From the NCBI RefSeq assembly GCF_044324785.1, contig NZ_CP172127.1: a DNA stretch of 64,000 nt. One strand, given 5' to 3'. This DNA comes from Escherichia coli (GTDB lineage: Bacteria > Pseudomonadota > Gammaproteobacteria > Enterobacterales > Enterobacteriaceae). The notes under the pieces were generated by a model that saw nothing but the letters and a program-made list of their open reading frames with translations, was not told the DNA's origin and did not search any database. Made by a program: the position numbers and the translations under genes. Below, piece by piece: positions 45,568 through 54,570 of this stretch; the first letter of the stretch is position 1; the number at the start of each line of letters is the position of its first letter.

Positions 45568-48500
45568 TTACACCTCCACGCGGCCCAGCAGATAATGATG
45601 ATGCTGGTGGACATGGCTAATGATGCGGCACATATCGTTCAGCTCCGGTGGTACGTTGTTGAACTGACCTTCGCTGTCGATGTTTAACACCCAGCTTTGG
45701 TTATTCAGACGTACTCGTACCCGGCAATCTTCCACAAGGAAGCCTGGGTTGCTGCTGTTATCAAAGTCTTGCGACAGGCTGAAGACGGTGATTTTGTCTT
45801 TGTACGGTTTACCGTTCCACGGACAGAACTGAGCGCAGTTGCCGCATTCGTTACAGTAAGCGTCGAGGTGCAGCGTCTGGAAACGGTTCTGGAAGCCAGG
45901 GACCGCAATGGAGACGTTGGCGCGGTTCGGGCAGACATCCACACACTTGCTGCAAACGTAGTTACATTCAAGGCAGCGAGCAGCTTCCTGCGCGACAAAC
46001 GCATCACGATCGTCACTGTTCACCAGCGTGATAGAGATATCGCCTTTACGTTGATAGATTTCCGCCGGATTGACGTTGTTCCAGTATTTATCGTTCTGGT
46101 GGGAACGGATATTTTCCCGACTAAGGATGGCATCGGTCGCCCGACGCGCGGTTCCGACAGCAGCGACAATGGAGGATGGTCCGCGCTGTACGTCGCCGAT
46201 CATAAAGACGTCAGTCAGACGAGTTTCGCCATTATGGTCGACGTCTGGCCAGCCGTTTTTGTCCAGCGGCACGCCCATCGCATTCAGGGCTTCAGTATCC
46301 TGCTGTTCACCAATGGCGGTGATCAGGCTGTCTACATGCAGTGTTACTGTTTCGTTGGTTTCAACCGGACGGCGACGACCTTTCTCATCAGGTTCGCCAA
46401 GCGACATAACGCGCAAGGTTAAGGTGCCATCAGCATCGAAACGTTCCGGATTATTCAGGAAACGGAACTCCACGCCGTCGTGCAACGCTTCTTCATACTC
46501 TTCGCGCCATGCTGGCATCTCTTGCAGTGAACGACGGTAAACGACCGTTGCTTTTTCTACGCCTGGAACGCGTAACGCCGCACGAGCGCAGTCCATTGCC
46601 GTGTTACCCGCCCCGACAACGACCACATGTTTGCCCAGCTTGAGCGCTGTGCCCTTGTTGTATTCACGCAGGAAGGGGAGTGATTTCCAGACATTTTGGT
46701 TGTCGCCCGCCAGTTTCACACCGCTATTTTTATCAGTGCCGGTGGCAATCAGAACATAGTGGAAGCCCTGATTTTTTAACTGTTCAACGGTCAAATCGGG
46801 TGAGCAGCCATACTCAAATTTCACGCCGTGAGCGGCAACAAAATCGATATCGTGCTGAATTAACTCTGCAGGAATACGGAACTGAGGAATGATATTTTTC
46901 ACCACGCCGCCCGCATTGGCTTCGCGTTCAAACAGCGTAACCGGATGGCCCGCTCTGGCAAGGAAGTAACCTGCTGCCAGACCCGCCGGACCTGCACCAA
47001 TCACGGCAACCGGATGGCGTGAACCAGAACCGGCTGGTTTGTGCCAGCGTTGCTTATATTCATCCCAACCTTTTTCCAGCGCGACTTTTTTCAGTTCGCG
47101 GATATTCAGCGCACTGTCGTAATCCAGGCGGGTACAGTTGTATTGGCACTGGTGATCGCAAATATGACCGGTAATGGCGGGCAGGGCGTTGCGTTGGTAG
47201 ATGAGTTCCAGTGCGTCGGCATAGCGGTGTTCGCCAAGCAGACGGATGTATTCCGGAATATCCTGTTTAATGGCGCAAGCAGTAACGCACGGTGCAACGT
47301 AGCAGTCGGTCAGCGGCAGGTCTTCTGCCACTTCAATACGCTCTTCTGGCTTCCAGTGTTTCTGAGTGTATTCCATGGTTAACGCGTCTGCTGCCAGTTT
47401 GTTCAGTCGTTCGACGTCAACATGGTCAAGCCCCCAGGCGTCGGAGCCTTCCAGCTCGCGCATGCAGGCACTTAAGCGCAGATAGCCGCCAGGTTTCAGC
47501 AGGTCGGTTGCCATCGTGATAGGGCGAATACCAGTATCAAAAATATCGCGGATAGTCAGCTGACTGGCACCACCGGAATAAGAAATGGGCAGTTTGCCGT
47601 CAAAGGCGCGAGAGAGAACTGCTGCAACATTGATGGAGAGCGGGAACAGCGCACGGCCTGACATATACATCTCTTCACCAGGCAGTGCGCCTTTATTGTT
47701 GATGGTGCCGAGAGTGTTAGTCAGTTTTACGCCAAAGCCGAGTGATTTTTCTTTTGCCAGTGCCATCAGACGTTCCAGCATTTCCAGTGCTTGCGTCAGC
47801 TTGAGGTCGTGATCAAATGACTCTTCTTTTAAGCCTATGTAACCGAAACCGCAGACATCGAGGATCTCACGAACACGCGCGTACCCCAGTAAGGTCGGGT
47901 TGAGTTTCACAAAGGTATTGAGCCCTTTTTCTTCCAGCATGTAGCGGCAAATGGCTTCGATTTCATGCGGAGGACAGCCGTGCATGGTGGAGAGGGTGAC
48001 GCCCTGCACCATGCTGGTGGGGATGCGAGCGGGTAAGGCTTGCAAGCTTTCGCGTTTTTCCTGCAATCCGTGGCGGGCTAAAAATGCGTCATCCTGGAGT
48101 AATTTATTCAGCGTATCGCGATATTGAGCGAATTTCGGATGGTCAGATGCGTCCATCATATTGTCGATGAACTGTTGCATCGGCGGTTGCTTAATACCTT
48201 CGAGGTTGTAACCGACGCTCATATTAAAGATGAACGATTTACCGGAATCAGAAGGCTGGAACATCGCTTCGAGAAGGTGCAGGGCAAACCAGGCTTTGAG
48301 GTATTCATCCCAGGCTTTAAGCAGGGTAAATTCGGTGGACCATTCGGTGTTAAAGCACTCGTCTTCGGCATCAATACAGGGCTTTTCCAGCTCCAGGCGG
48401 TCAAGAATTTGGACGGTTTTTAGTTCGATGAAGCGTCCGCCAGTCAGCCAGGAAGTGACAATATTTTGCGCGAGCTGCGTGTGCGGGCCAGCGGCAGGGC

Positions 48501-48666
48501 CGACGGGAGTGGCACAGGTTTCACCGAAGACGCTAACAGTTTTACCTTTTACGGGTGAGTAAAACTGTTGCTCGGGAATACCAAAGATTGAGCGTTGTTG
48601 TTGGTATTCATCAAATATGCGCGTCAAAAGTTCCTCAAACGGAATGGGACGCATAATATCCCCCAT
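45568..48666 (-). CDS. ygfK: large Fe-S flavoprotein oxidoreductase (GltD/dihydropyrimidine-dehydrogenase-like with 4Fe-4S clusters), 1032 aa
   Basis: Dinucleotide fingerprints [28 protein letters not shown] and VVVVGAGNTAMDCARAAL; ferredoxin motifs CLECNYVCSKCVDVCP and CNECGNCAQFCP; AGGAG RBS. Confidence 0.85.
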   Translation of the reverse strand: MGDIMRPIPFEELLTRIFDEYQQQRSIFGIPEQQFYSPVKGKTVSVFGETCATPVGPAAGPHTQLAQNIVTSWLTGGRFIELKTVQILDRLELEKPCIDAEDECFNTEWSTEFTLLKAWDEYLKAWFALHLLEAMFQPSDSGKSFIFNMSVGYNLEGIKQPPMQQFIDNMMDASDHPKFAQYRDTLNKLLQDDAFLARHGLQEKRESLQALPARIPTSMVQGVTLSTMHGCPPHEIEAICRYMLEEKGLNTFVKLNPTLLGYARVREILDVCGFGYIGLKEESFDHDLKLTQALEMLERLMALAKEKSLGFGVKLTNTLGTINNKGALPGEEMYMSGRALFPLSINVAAVLSRAFDGKLPISYSGGASQLTIRDIFDTGIRPITMATDLLKPGGYLRLSACMRELEGSDAWGLDHVDVERLNKLAADALTMEYTQKHWKPEERIEVAEDLPLTDCYVAPCVTACAIKQDIPEYIRLLGEHRYADALELIYQRNALPAITGHICDHQCQYNCTRLDYDSALNIRELKKVALEKGWDEYKQRWHKPAGSGSRHPVAVIGAGPAGLAAGYFLARAGHPVTLFEREANAGGVVKNIIPQFRIPAELIQHDIDFVAAHGVKFEYGCSPDLTVEQLKNQGFHYVLIATGTDKNSGVKLAGDNQNVWKSLPFLREYNKGTALKLGKHVVVVGAGNTAMDCARAALRVPGVEKATVVYRRSLQEMPAWREEYEEALHDGVEFRFLNNPERFDADGTLTLRVMSLGEPDEKGRRRPVETNETVTLHVDSLITAIGEQQDTEALNAMGVPLDKNGWPDVDHNGETRLTDVFMIGDVQRGPSSIVAAVGTARRATDAILSRENIRSHQNDKYWNNVNPAEIYQRKGDISITLVNSDDRDAFVAQEAARCLECNYVCSKCVDVCPNRANVSIAVPGFQNRFQTLHLDAYCNECGNCAQFCPWNGKPYKDKITVFSLSQDFDNSSNPGFLVEDCRVRVRLNNQSWVLNIDSEGQFNNVPPELNDMCRIISHVHQHHHYLLGRVEV

Positions 48667-48748
48667 AACCCTCTCCTTAGCTTATACAGATATCATTGAG
48701 TGACCGGTGTTGAGAAATCCGGTGGTTTAGGGGGATAGAGCAACAATC

Positions 48749-48764
48749 GCACCACTCTTGCCAG
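48749..48764 (-). promoter_or_regulatory. candidate sigma54 promoter upstream of ygfK (CTGGCAAG-N4-GTGC)
   Basis: Minus-strand CTGGCAAGAGTGGTGCG read by eye; GG/GC spacing correct; ~85 nt upstream of ygfK ATG. Confidence 0.35.
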
Positions 48765-48817
48765 GTTTGGCGGGAAATATAAAAAAATGTGAGGCGGCTC
48801 GAAACTTAGGAGCTTTT

Positions 48818-48833
48818 TGTGAATGAACTCACA
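48818..48833. promoter_or_regulatory. perfect CRP core site TGTGA-N6-TCACA
   Basis: tttTGTGAatgaacTCACAgg read directly in ygfK upstream region. Confidence 0.5.
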
Positions 48834-48987
48834 GGTGCCAAATGAGAATTAAAATCACTCCTGAAAATTATTATTGCCAGCCCATTTATCACTTTTTCTC
48901 TTTTCTCAAAATCAGTGATTCCTTATCATTATGATAAAGAGAACTGGAAGGGTTAAATATTTGAACGCAATCGTTTAACTACGTTTT

Positions 48988-49566
48988 CTAAATTTCAGTA
49001 TACCTTTTTTTCGCTGTAATAAAGTCGTCCGGAGTATCAATATCTAAAATTATTTCTGCATTTTCTATTTCGACGGAATAATGTTCTCCCATAAGGAGTG
49101 CCTGACGCATATTGGTGATATTGGGACGCTGGATTGCCTGCATCAGGCATGGCTTTGACACTAAAATCGGATGGCCGGGAATGCCATTATGGAGTGGCAG
49201 TATTGCGCCATCATTTCGTAACGACCAGATTTTCCTAAAAATATCGATGGTGAGGGTAGGCATGTCACCGTGGGTGAGAAAACAATATTCTGTTTGTACC
49301 GCGGGTACTGCGGCCTTTACTGATGTTAGTAAACCCTGTGCATAATCTGGGTTATGGATAATAGTGATATTGCTCTGGTTCGCATAACGCTTGTGCAGTT
49401 CATTACCACGATAGCCGGTGACTAAAATAATTCGGCTACAAAACTGCAACGCATTTTTGATACTTGTATCAAGAATTGTTCCCTGTTGCCAGGGTAACAT
49501 CATTTTCCATTGCCCCATTCTTGATGATAATCCGGCAGCGGTAATTATACAGTCGATGGCTGACAT
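48988..49566 (-). CDS. mocA: molybdenum cofactor cytidylyltransferase (MobA-like nucleotidyltransferase), 192 aa
   Basis: N-terminal ITAAGLSSRMG nucleotidyltransferase motif; full ORF. Confidence 0.85.
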   Translation of the reverse strand: MSAIDCIITAAGLSSRMGQWKMMLPWQQGTILDTSIKNALQFCSRIILVTGYRGNELHKRYANQSNITIIHNPDYAQGLLTSVKAAVPAVQTEYCFLTHGDMPTLTIDIFRKIWSLRNDGAILPLHNGIPGHPILVSKPCLMQAIQRPNITNMRQALLMGEHYSVEIENAEIILDIDTPDDFITAKKRYTEI

Positions 49567-49668
49567 AGTGGTTCCATTATTTATAGGGGCTAATAACGCC
49601 TGATAATTGCGTTACTTCCTGATGGATTAAGTTGGGGATAATTTATCCCAGAGAGGTCATAAAGACTC

Positions 49669-50439
49669 GTGAAAAGTATAGTTGACCCATCGGCATTATT
49701 CATTGATTTAGGCGCGCAGAAACGTCCCACTGTGATTTCTGTTGTTGGGGCTGGGGGGAAAACCAGCTTGCTTTTTTGGCTGGCAGAACTGATCCAGGCT
49801 AGCGGCAGGCGTGTGTTAATCACTACGACGACACATATGTTTATGCCAACGTCTCACTGGCCCGTGGTTTTCTGTCGTGATCCCGCCATGCTTCCTCATG
49901 CGTCTCTTACATCCCCCATTTCATTTTGTTTTCACAGCTGGAAAGCGAACCAGGGAAAAGTGCAGGGATTTATGCCAGAAGCGATTGATGCACTGGTGCA
50001 ACGACCAGAGTGTGACGTAATTCTCATTGAGGCAGATGGCTCGCGTGGAATGCCGTTAAAAGCGCCTGATGAGCACGAACCTTGCATACCCAAAAGCAGT
50101 TGCTGCGTGATTGCTGTGATGGGAGGACATATTTTGGGCGCGAAAGTGAGCACAGAAAATGTCCATCGCTGGTCGCAGTTTGCTGATATTACCGGGTTAA
50201 CACCTGATGCAACCTTGCAACTGAGCGATCTCGTTGCGCTGGTTCGCCACCCTCAGGGCGCATTTAAAAACGTACCGCAAGGTTGTCGGCGAGTCTGGTT
50301 CATTAACCGTTTTTCTCAATGTGAGAATGCGATTGCGCAAAGCGAGCTCCTTCAACCGCTGCAACAACACGACGTAGAGGCAATCTGGCTGGGCGATATA
50401 CAAGAACATCCTGCAATCGCGCGCAGATTTGTGAATTAG
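49669..50439 (+). CDS. yqeC: P-loop protein YqeC (selenium-dependent molybdenum hydroxylase accessory family), 256 aa
   Basis: GTG start; Walker-A-like VVGAGGKTSLL. Confidence 0.8.
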   Translation: MKSIVDPSALFIDLGAQKRPTVISVVGAGGKTSLLFWLAELIQASGRRVLITTTTHMFMPTSHWPVVFCRDPAMLPHASLTSPISFCFHSWKANQGKVQGFMPEAIDALVQRPECDVILIEADGSRGMPLKAPDEHEPCIPKSSCCVIAVMGGHILGAKVSTENVHRWSQFADITGLTPDATLQLSDLVALVRHPQGAFKNVPQGCRRVWFINRFSQCENAIAQSELLQPLQQHDVEAIWLGDIQEHPAIARRFVN

Positions 50440-50486
50440 CGGCCCGGGTATTCCGGGTTACTGAAAGGATATCCATTGAGGTTGGT

Positions 50487-52112
50487 ATGAATATTTTCAC
50501 AGAGGCTGCAAAACTCGAAGAGCAAAATTGTCCGTTTGCGATGGCGCAAATTGTTGATAGCCGAGGCTCGACTCCCCGCCATTCTGCACAAATGTTAGTG
50601 CGCGCCGATGGCTCTATCGTCGGTACAATTGGTGGCGGAATGGTTGAGCGGAAGGTGATTGAAGAGTCGCTTCAGGCATTGCAGGAGCGTAAGCCGCGAT
50701 TATTCCATGGACGTATGGCTCGTAACGGTGCGGATGCTGTCGGGTCAGATTGTGGAGGTGCAATGTCAGTATTTATCAGCGTCCATGGTATGCGTCCACG
50801 TCTGGTGTTGATTGGCGCGGGGCATGTCAACCGGGCGATAGCCCAGAGTGCGGCGCTATTAGGATTTGATATTGCCGTTGCTGATATTTATCGCGAAAGC
50901 CTCAATCCTGAACTATTCCCACCATCAACCACGCTTCTCCATGCTGAGTCGTTTGGTGCAGCAGTGGAAGCACTGGATATTCGCCCTGATAATTTTGTCC
51001 TGATTGCCACGAATAATCAGGATCGTGAAGCCCTCGACAAACTCATTGAACAGCCCATTGCATGGTTGGGGTTGCTGGCAAGTCGTCGCAAGGTTCAGCT
51101 TTTCCTGCGTCAATTGCGTGAGAAAGGCGTGGCTGAAGAACATATTGCCCGTTTACATGCGCCCGTTGGTTACAACATAGGTGCGGAAACGCCGCAGGAG
51201 ATCGCCATCAGCGTGCTGGCAGAAATATTACAGGTGAAAAATAACGCGCCGGGTGGGCTGATGATGAAACCTTCTCATCCTTCCGGACACCAGCTGGTGG
51301 TGATTCGCGGTGCGGGAGATATCGCCAGTGGTGTGGCGCTACGTCTGTATCATGCGGGTTTTAAAGTGATCATGCTGGAAGTGGAAAAACCGACAGTGAT
51401 TCGTTGTACCGTGGCGTTTGCCCAGGCCGTGTTCGATGGCGAAATGACGGTCGAAGGCGTCACTGCCCGCCTGGCAACCAGCTCTGCGGAAGCGATGAAA
51501 CTTACCGAACGCGGATTCATCCCTGTGATGGTAGATCCCGCCTGTTCATTGCTTGATGAACTGAAACCGCTTTGCGTGGTGGACGCTATTCTGGCGAAAC
51601 AGAATTTGGGTACGCGGGCAGATATGGCACCAGTAACAATCGCGCTTGGGCCGGGCTTTACTGCTGGGAAGGATTGCCATGCGGTAATTGAAACAAATCG
51701 CGGGCACTGGCTCGGTCAGGTGATTTACTCTGGTTGTGCGCAGGAGAATACCGGTGTTCCCGGCAATATTATGGGGCATACCACCCGACGGGTGATCCGT
51801 GCTCCTGCTGCAGGCATTATGCGATCCAACGTGAAATTAGGCGATCTGGTGAAAGAGGGCGATGTGATTGCCTGGATTGGTGAGCATGAAATTAAAGCAC
51901 CGTTGACGGGGATGGTGCGTGGCTTGTTGAACGACGGACTGGCGGTGGTCGGTGGTTTTAAAATTGGTGATATCGATCCACGTGGTGAAACGGCTGATTT
52001 CACCAGCGTTTCTGATAAAGCCCGGGCAATTGGCGGCGGCGTACTTGAGGCGTTAATGATGTTGATGCATCAGGGCGTGAAAGCGACAAAAGAAGTGCTG
52101 GAAGTGGCTTAA
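50487..52112 (+). CDS. yqeB: XdhC/CoxI-family maturation protein with two Rossmann-like domains, 541 aa
   Basis: LVLIGAGHVNRAIA and VVIRGAGDIASGVA dinucleotide-like motifs; full ORF. Confidence 0.8.
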   Translation: MNIFTEAAKLEEQNCPFAMAQIVDSRGSTPRHSAQMLVRADGSIVGTIGGGMVERKVIEESLQALQERKPRLFHGRMARNGADAVGSDCGGAMSVFISVHGMRPRLVLIGAGHVNRAIAQSAALLGFDIAVADIYRESLNPELFPPSTTLLHAESFGAAVEALDIRPDNFVLIATNNQDREALDKLIEQPIAWLGLLASRRKVQLFLRQLREKGVAEEHIARLHAPVGYNIGAETPQEIAISVLAEILQVKNNAPGGLMMKPSHPSGHQLVVIRGAGDIASGVALRLYHAGFKVIMLEVEKPTVIRCTVAFAQAVFDGEMTVEGVTARLATSSAEAMKLTERGFIPVMVDPACSLLDELKPLCVVDAILAKQNLGTRADMAPVTIALGPGFTAGKDCHAVIETNRGHWLGQVIYSGCAQENTGVPGNIMGHTTRRVIRAPAAGIMRSNVKLGDLVKEGDVIAWIGEHEIKAPLTGMVRGLLNDGLAVVGGFKIGDIDPRGETADFTSVSDKARAIGGGVLEALMMLMHQGVKATKEVLEVA

Positions 52113-52120
52113 ATGAAAAT

Positions 52121-52146
52121 GGCCGGATGGTATTACCCACCCGGCC
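52121..52146. terminator. hairpin between convergent yqeB and yqeA
   Basis: GGCCGG...CCGGCC inverted repeat flanked by A/T. Confidence 0.45.
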
Positions 52147-52152
52147 TTTAAA

Positions 52153-53085
52153 TTACTGACAAATCACCGTTCCGGTTTTGCCTTCAATCCCTTCTTTCGC
52201 TTTGCTCAATACGGTAATCAGTGCTTCACGACCTGCGCGAGAGCGAGCAAACGAGGCGGCAGCTTCCACTTTAGGCAGCATAGAACCTTTCGCAAAATGA
52301 CCTTCTTCGATAAAGCGTTCAGCATCACTTAATGACAGGCGATCGAGCCACTGTTCATTCTCTTTACCGAAGTTAATGGCCACTTTTTCTACCGCAGTCA
52401 GAATGATCAGCATATCGGCATCAATCATCTCTGCTAAACGGGCGCTGGCCCAGTCTTTATCAATAACCGCGCTGGCACCACGCAGATGGTTACCTTCACG
52501 AATAACAGGAATACCACCACCGCCAACGGTGATCACTACCTGGCCTGCATCTACCAGAGCTTTAACCGTTTCTTTTTCAATGATATCAACCGGTTTTGGC
52601 GAGGCAACAACACGGCGATAGCCGCGACCAGCATCTTCTTTCAGAGTGTAACCCTGTTTTGTCAGTTGCTCTGCTTCCTGCTCGGTAAAGAACGAACCGA
52701 TCGGCTTGGTCGGGTTGAGGAATGCCGGATCGTTAGCATCGACTTCGACCTGGGTAACCAGCGTTGCTACAGGTTTATTAATGCCACGAGAAAGCAGTTC
52801 TTCTCTTAAGGCGTTTTGTAGATCGTAACCAATATAGCCCTGGCTTAAGGCAACACAGACAGACATCGGCAGCATTGGCGAGTGCGCTTCAGTTTTTGCG
52901 GCAGCTTCAAAGGCCTGGTTAATCATGCCCACCTGTGGCCCGTTACCATGAGTGACGATGACCTCATGTCCCTGGGCAATTAAATCAACAATTGCCTGAG
53001 AAGTAATTTTTACCGCTTTCATTTGTCCGGCCAGGTCGTCGCCCAGCGCATTCCCGCCCAGGGCGAGAACAATTTTCTTACTCAT
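52153..53085 (-). CDS. yqeA: carbamate kinase-like protein, 310 aa
   Basis: Amino-acid-kinase family N-terminus MSKKIVLALGGNALG; full ORF. Confidence 0.85.
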   Translation of the reverse strand: MSKKIVLALGGNALGDDLAGQMKAVKITSQAIVDLIAQGHEVIVTHGNGPQVGMINQAFEAAAKTEAHSPMLPMSVCVALSQGYIGYDLQNALREELLSRGINKPVATLVTQVEVDANDPAFLNPTKPIGSFFTEQEAEQLTKQGYTLKEDAGRGYRRVVASPKPVDIIEKETVKALVDAGQVVITVGGGGIPVIREGNHLRGASAVIDKDWASARLAEMIDADMLIILTAVEKVAINFGKENEQWLDRLSLSDAERFIEEGHFAKGSMLPKVEAAASFARSRAGREALITVLSKAKEGIEGKTGTVICQ

Positions 53086-53132
53086 TTTTCCTCACTCATC
53101 ATTCTTGATTGTGTATAGATCCCTGGCAGTGG

Positions 53133-54518
53133 TTAGAGCACGGGAGGGACAAACGGTTTGCGTCGCAGGAATCGACCTCGCCCGGCTTTGCCTGTAAAGG
53201 TGCCGTCACAGAAAATCGTTTCACCACGGGATAAGGTTCTGACAATCGCGCCCTGACAGGTAAAACCCTCCCATGGCGAATAGTCAGCGTTGTCGTGGAG
53301 ATGGCGATGCTGAATTTGTTGGCTCTGACGTGGGTCGATAATCACCACGTCGCCATCGGAACCGGGCGCTAATAATCCTTTTTGCGGCCACAGGCCAAAC
53401 AGCCTGGCGGGCATCGCGCTGGTTAATTCAACAAAACGTTCCGGTGTTATACGTCCCGTCATTACGCCACTGGAAAACAGTAACTGCATGCGGTTTTCCA
53501 CACCGGGTAAGCCATTTGGGCAGCGACTGAAATCGCCTTTAGAAATTTGCAGGCGTTGAGCCATTGAGAACGTGCAGTGATCGGTCGCCACCACGTCAAT
53601 CGCACCATCGCTGATGCCACACCACAGTTTGTCCTGCTCGCGTACGTTACGCAGCGGTGGGCTAAGAATGAACTTCATGCCATCTTCTGTATCGTAACTG
53701 CGTTCGTCCAACAGGAGATATTGTGGGCAGGTTTCAACCCAGACTGGCTGGTGATTCGCACGGGCAAGACGCAGATAATCCAGACCTAAGCCGTTAGACA
53801 GGTGCACGATATAGAGCGGGGCGTTACCGGCAATTTGTGCCAGGTTAATCATGCGGGCGATGGCTTCCGCTTCGCATTCCAGAGGGCGACTCAAGGCGTG
53901 ATAGCGCGGCGCGGTTAACCCTGCGGCGATAAACTCCGCCCGCTTGCTGGCGATAGCTGCATCATTTTCCGGGTGCACGGTGGTCAGCGCGCCGGACTCA
54001 TGCAAGCGGCGTAACGCCTGCAAAACCTCGTCATCGTTGAGTTTGTATTGATAGGTTAAATAGAGTTTAAAACTGCTCAGTCCTTCTTCGACCATCATCG
54101 GAATTTCGTCGAGGATGGCGTGATTAATGTGCTGGATCACACCGTGAAAGCTGTAGTCGATGACCGCCTTATGGGCGGCATAGCCACGATAAACCTCCAG
54201 TTGATGGCGTAACCGACAGCCGTTTGGGCCAAATCCCATATGGTCAATAATGGTTGTTGTACCGCCACACGCAGCTGCGCGGGTACCGGTAAAAAAATCA
54301 TCACAACTGCGCGCGATGCCGACATCAATATTGAAATGCGTATGGACATCCACGCCGCCAGGGAAAACGTAACAGCCAGTGGCATCAATTTCTTCATACG
54401 GGAGCTGCGGCGAAATATTGTTGCCCAACTGGCGAACAATCCCGCTTTCAATCAGCAAATCCTGTTTGGCTTGTCCATCTGCGTTAACGACAGTGCCGTT
54501 TTTGATCAATACGCGCAT
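53133..54518 (-). CDS. hyuA: cyclic amidohydrolase (D-hydantoinase/dihydropyrimidinase family), 461 aa
   Basis: ORF 53133..54530 trimmed to MRVLIKNGTVVNADG with GGAG RBS; metal-binding GGVDVHTHF. Confidence 0.85.
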   Translation of the reverse strand: MRVLIKNGTVVNADGQAKQDLLIESGIVRQLGNNISPQLPYEEIDATGCYVFPGGVDVHTHFNIDVGIARSCDDFFTGTRAAACGGTTTIIDHMGFGPNGCRLRHQLEVYRGYAAHKAVIDYSFHGVIQHINHAILDEIPMMVEEGLSSFKLYLTYQYKLNDDEVLQALRRLHESGALTTVHPENDAAIASKRAEFIAAGLTAPRYHALSRPLECEAEAIARMINLAQIAGNAPLYIVHLSNGLGLDYLRLARANHQPVWVETCPQYLLLDERSYDTEDGMKFILSPPLRNVREQDKLWCGISDGAIDVVATDHCTFSMAQRLQISKGDFSRCPNGLPGVENRMQLLFSSGVMTGRITPERFVELTSAMPARLFGLWPQKGLLAPGSDGDVVIIDPRQSQQIQHRHLHDNADYSPWEGFTCQGAIVRTLSRGETIFCDGTFTGKAGRGRFLRRKPFVPPVL

Positions 54519-54528
54519 AGCAAACTCC

Positions 54529-54553
54529 AAAAACCCTCCGGCGAACCGGAGGG
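54529..54553 (-). terminator. terminator-like hairpin (CCCTCCGG-ttcg-CCGGAGGG + UUUUU) between ygeY and hyuA, U-tract abutting the hyuA RBS
   Basis: Read directly on minus strand: CCCTCCGGTTCGCCGGAGGGTTTTTGGAGTTTGCTATG. Confidence 0.5.
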
Positions 54554-54570
54554 GAATAAGTGAAGAGTAA

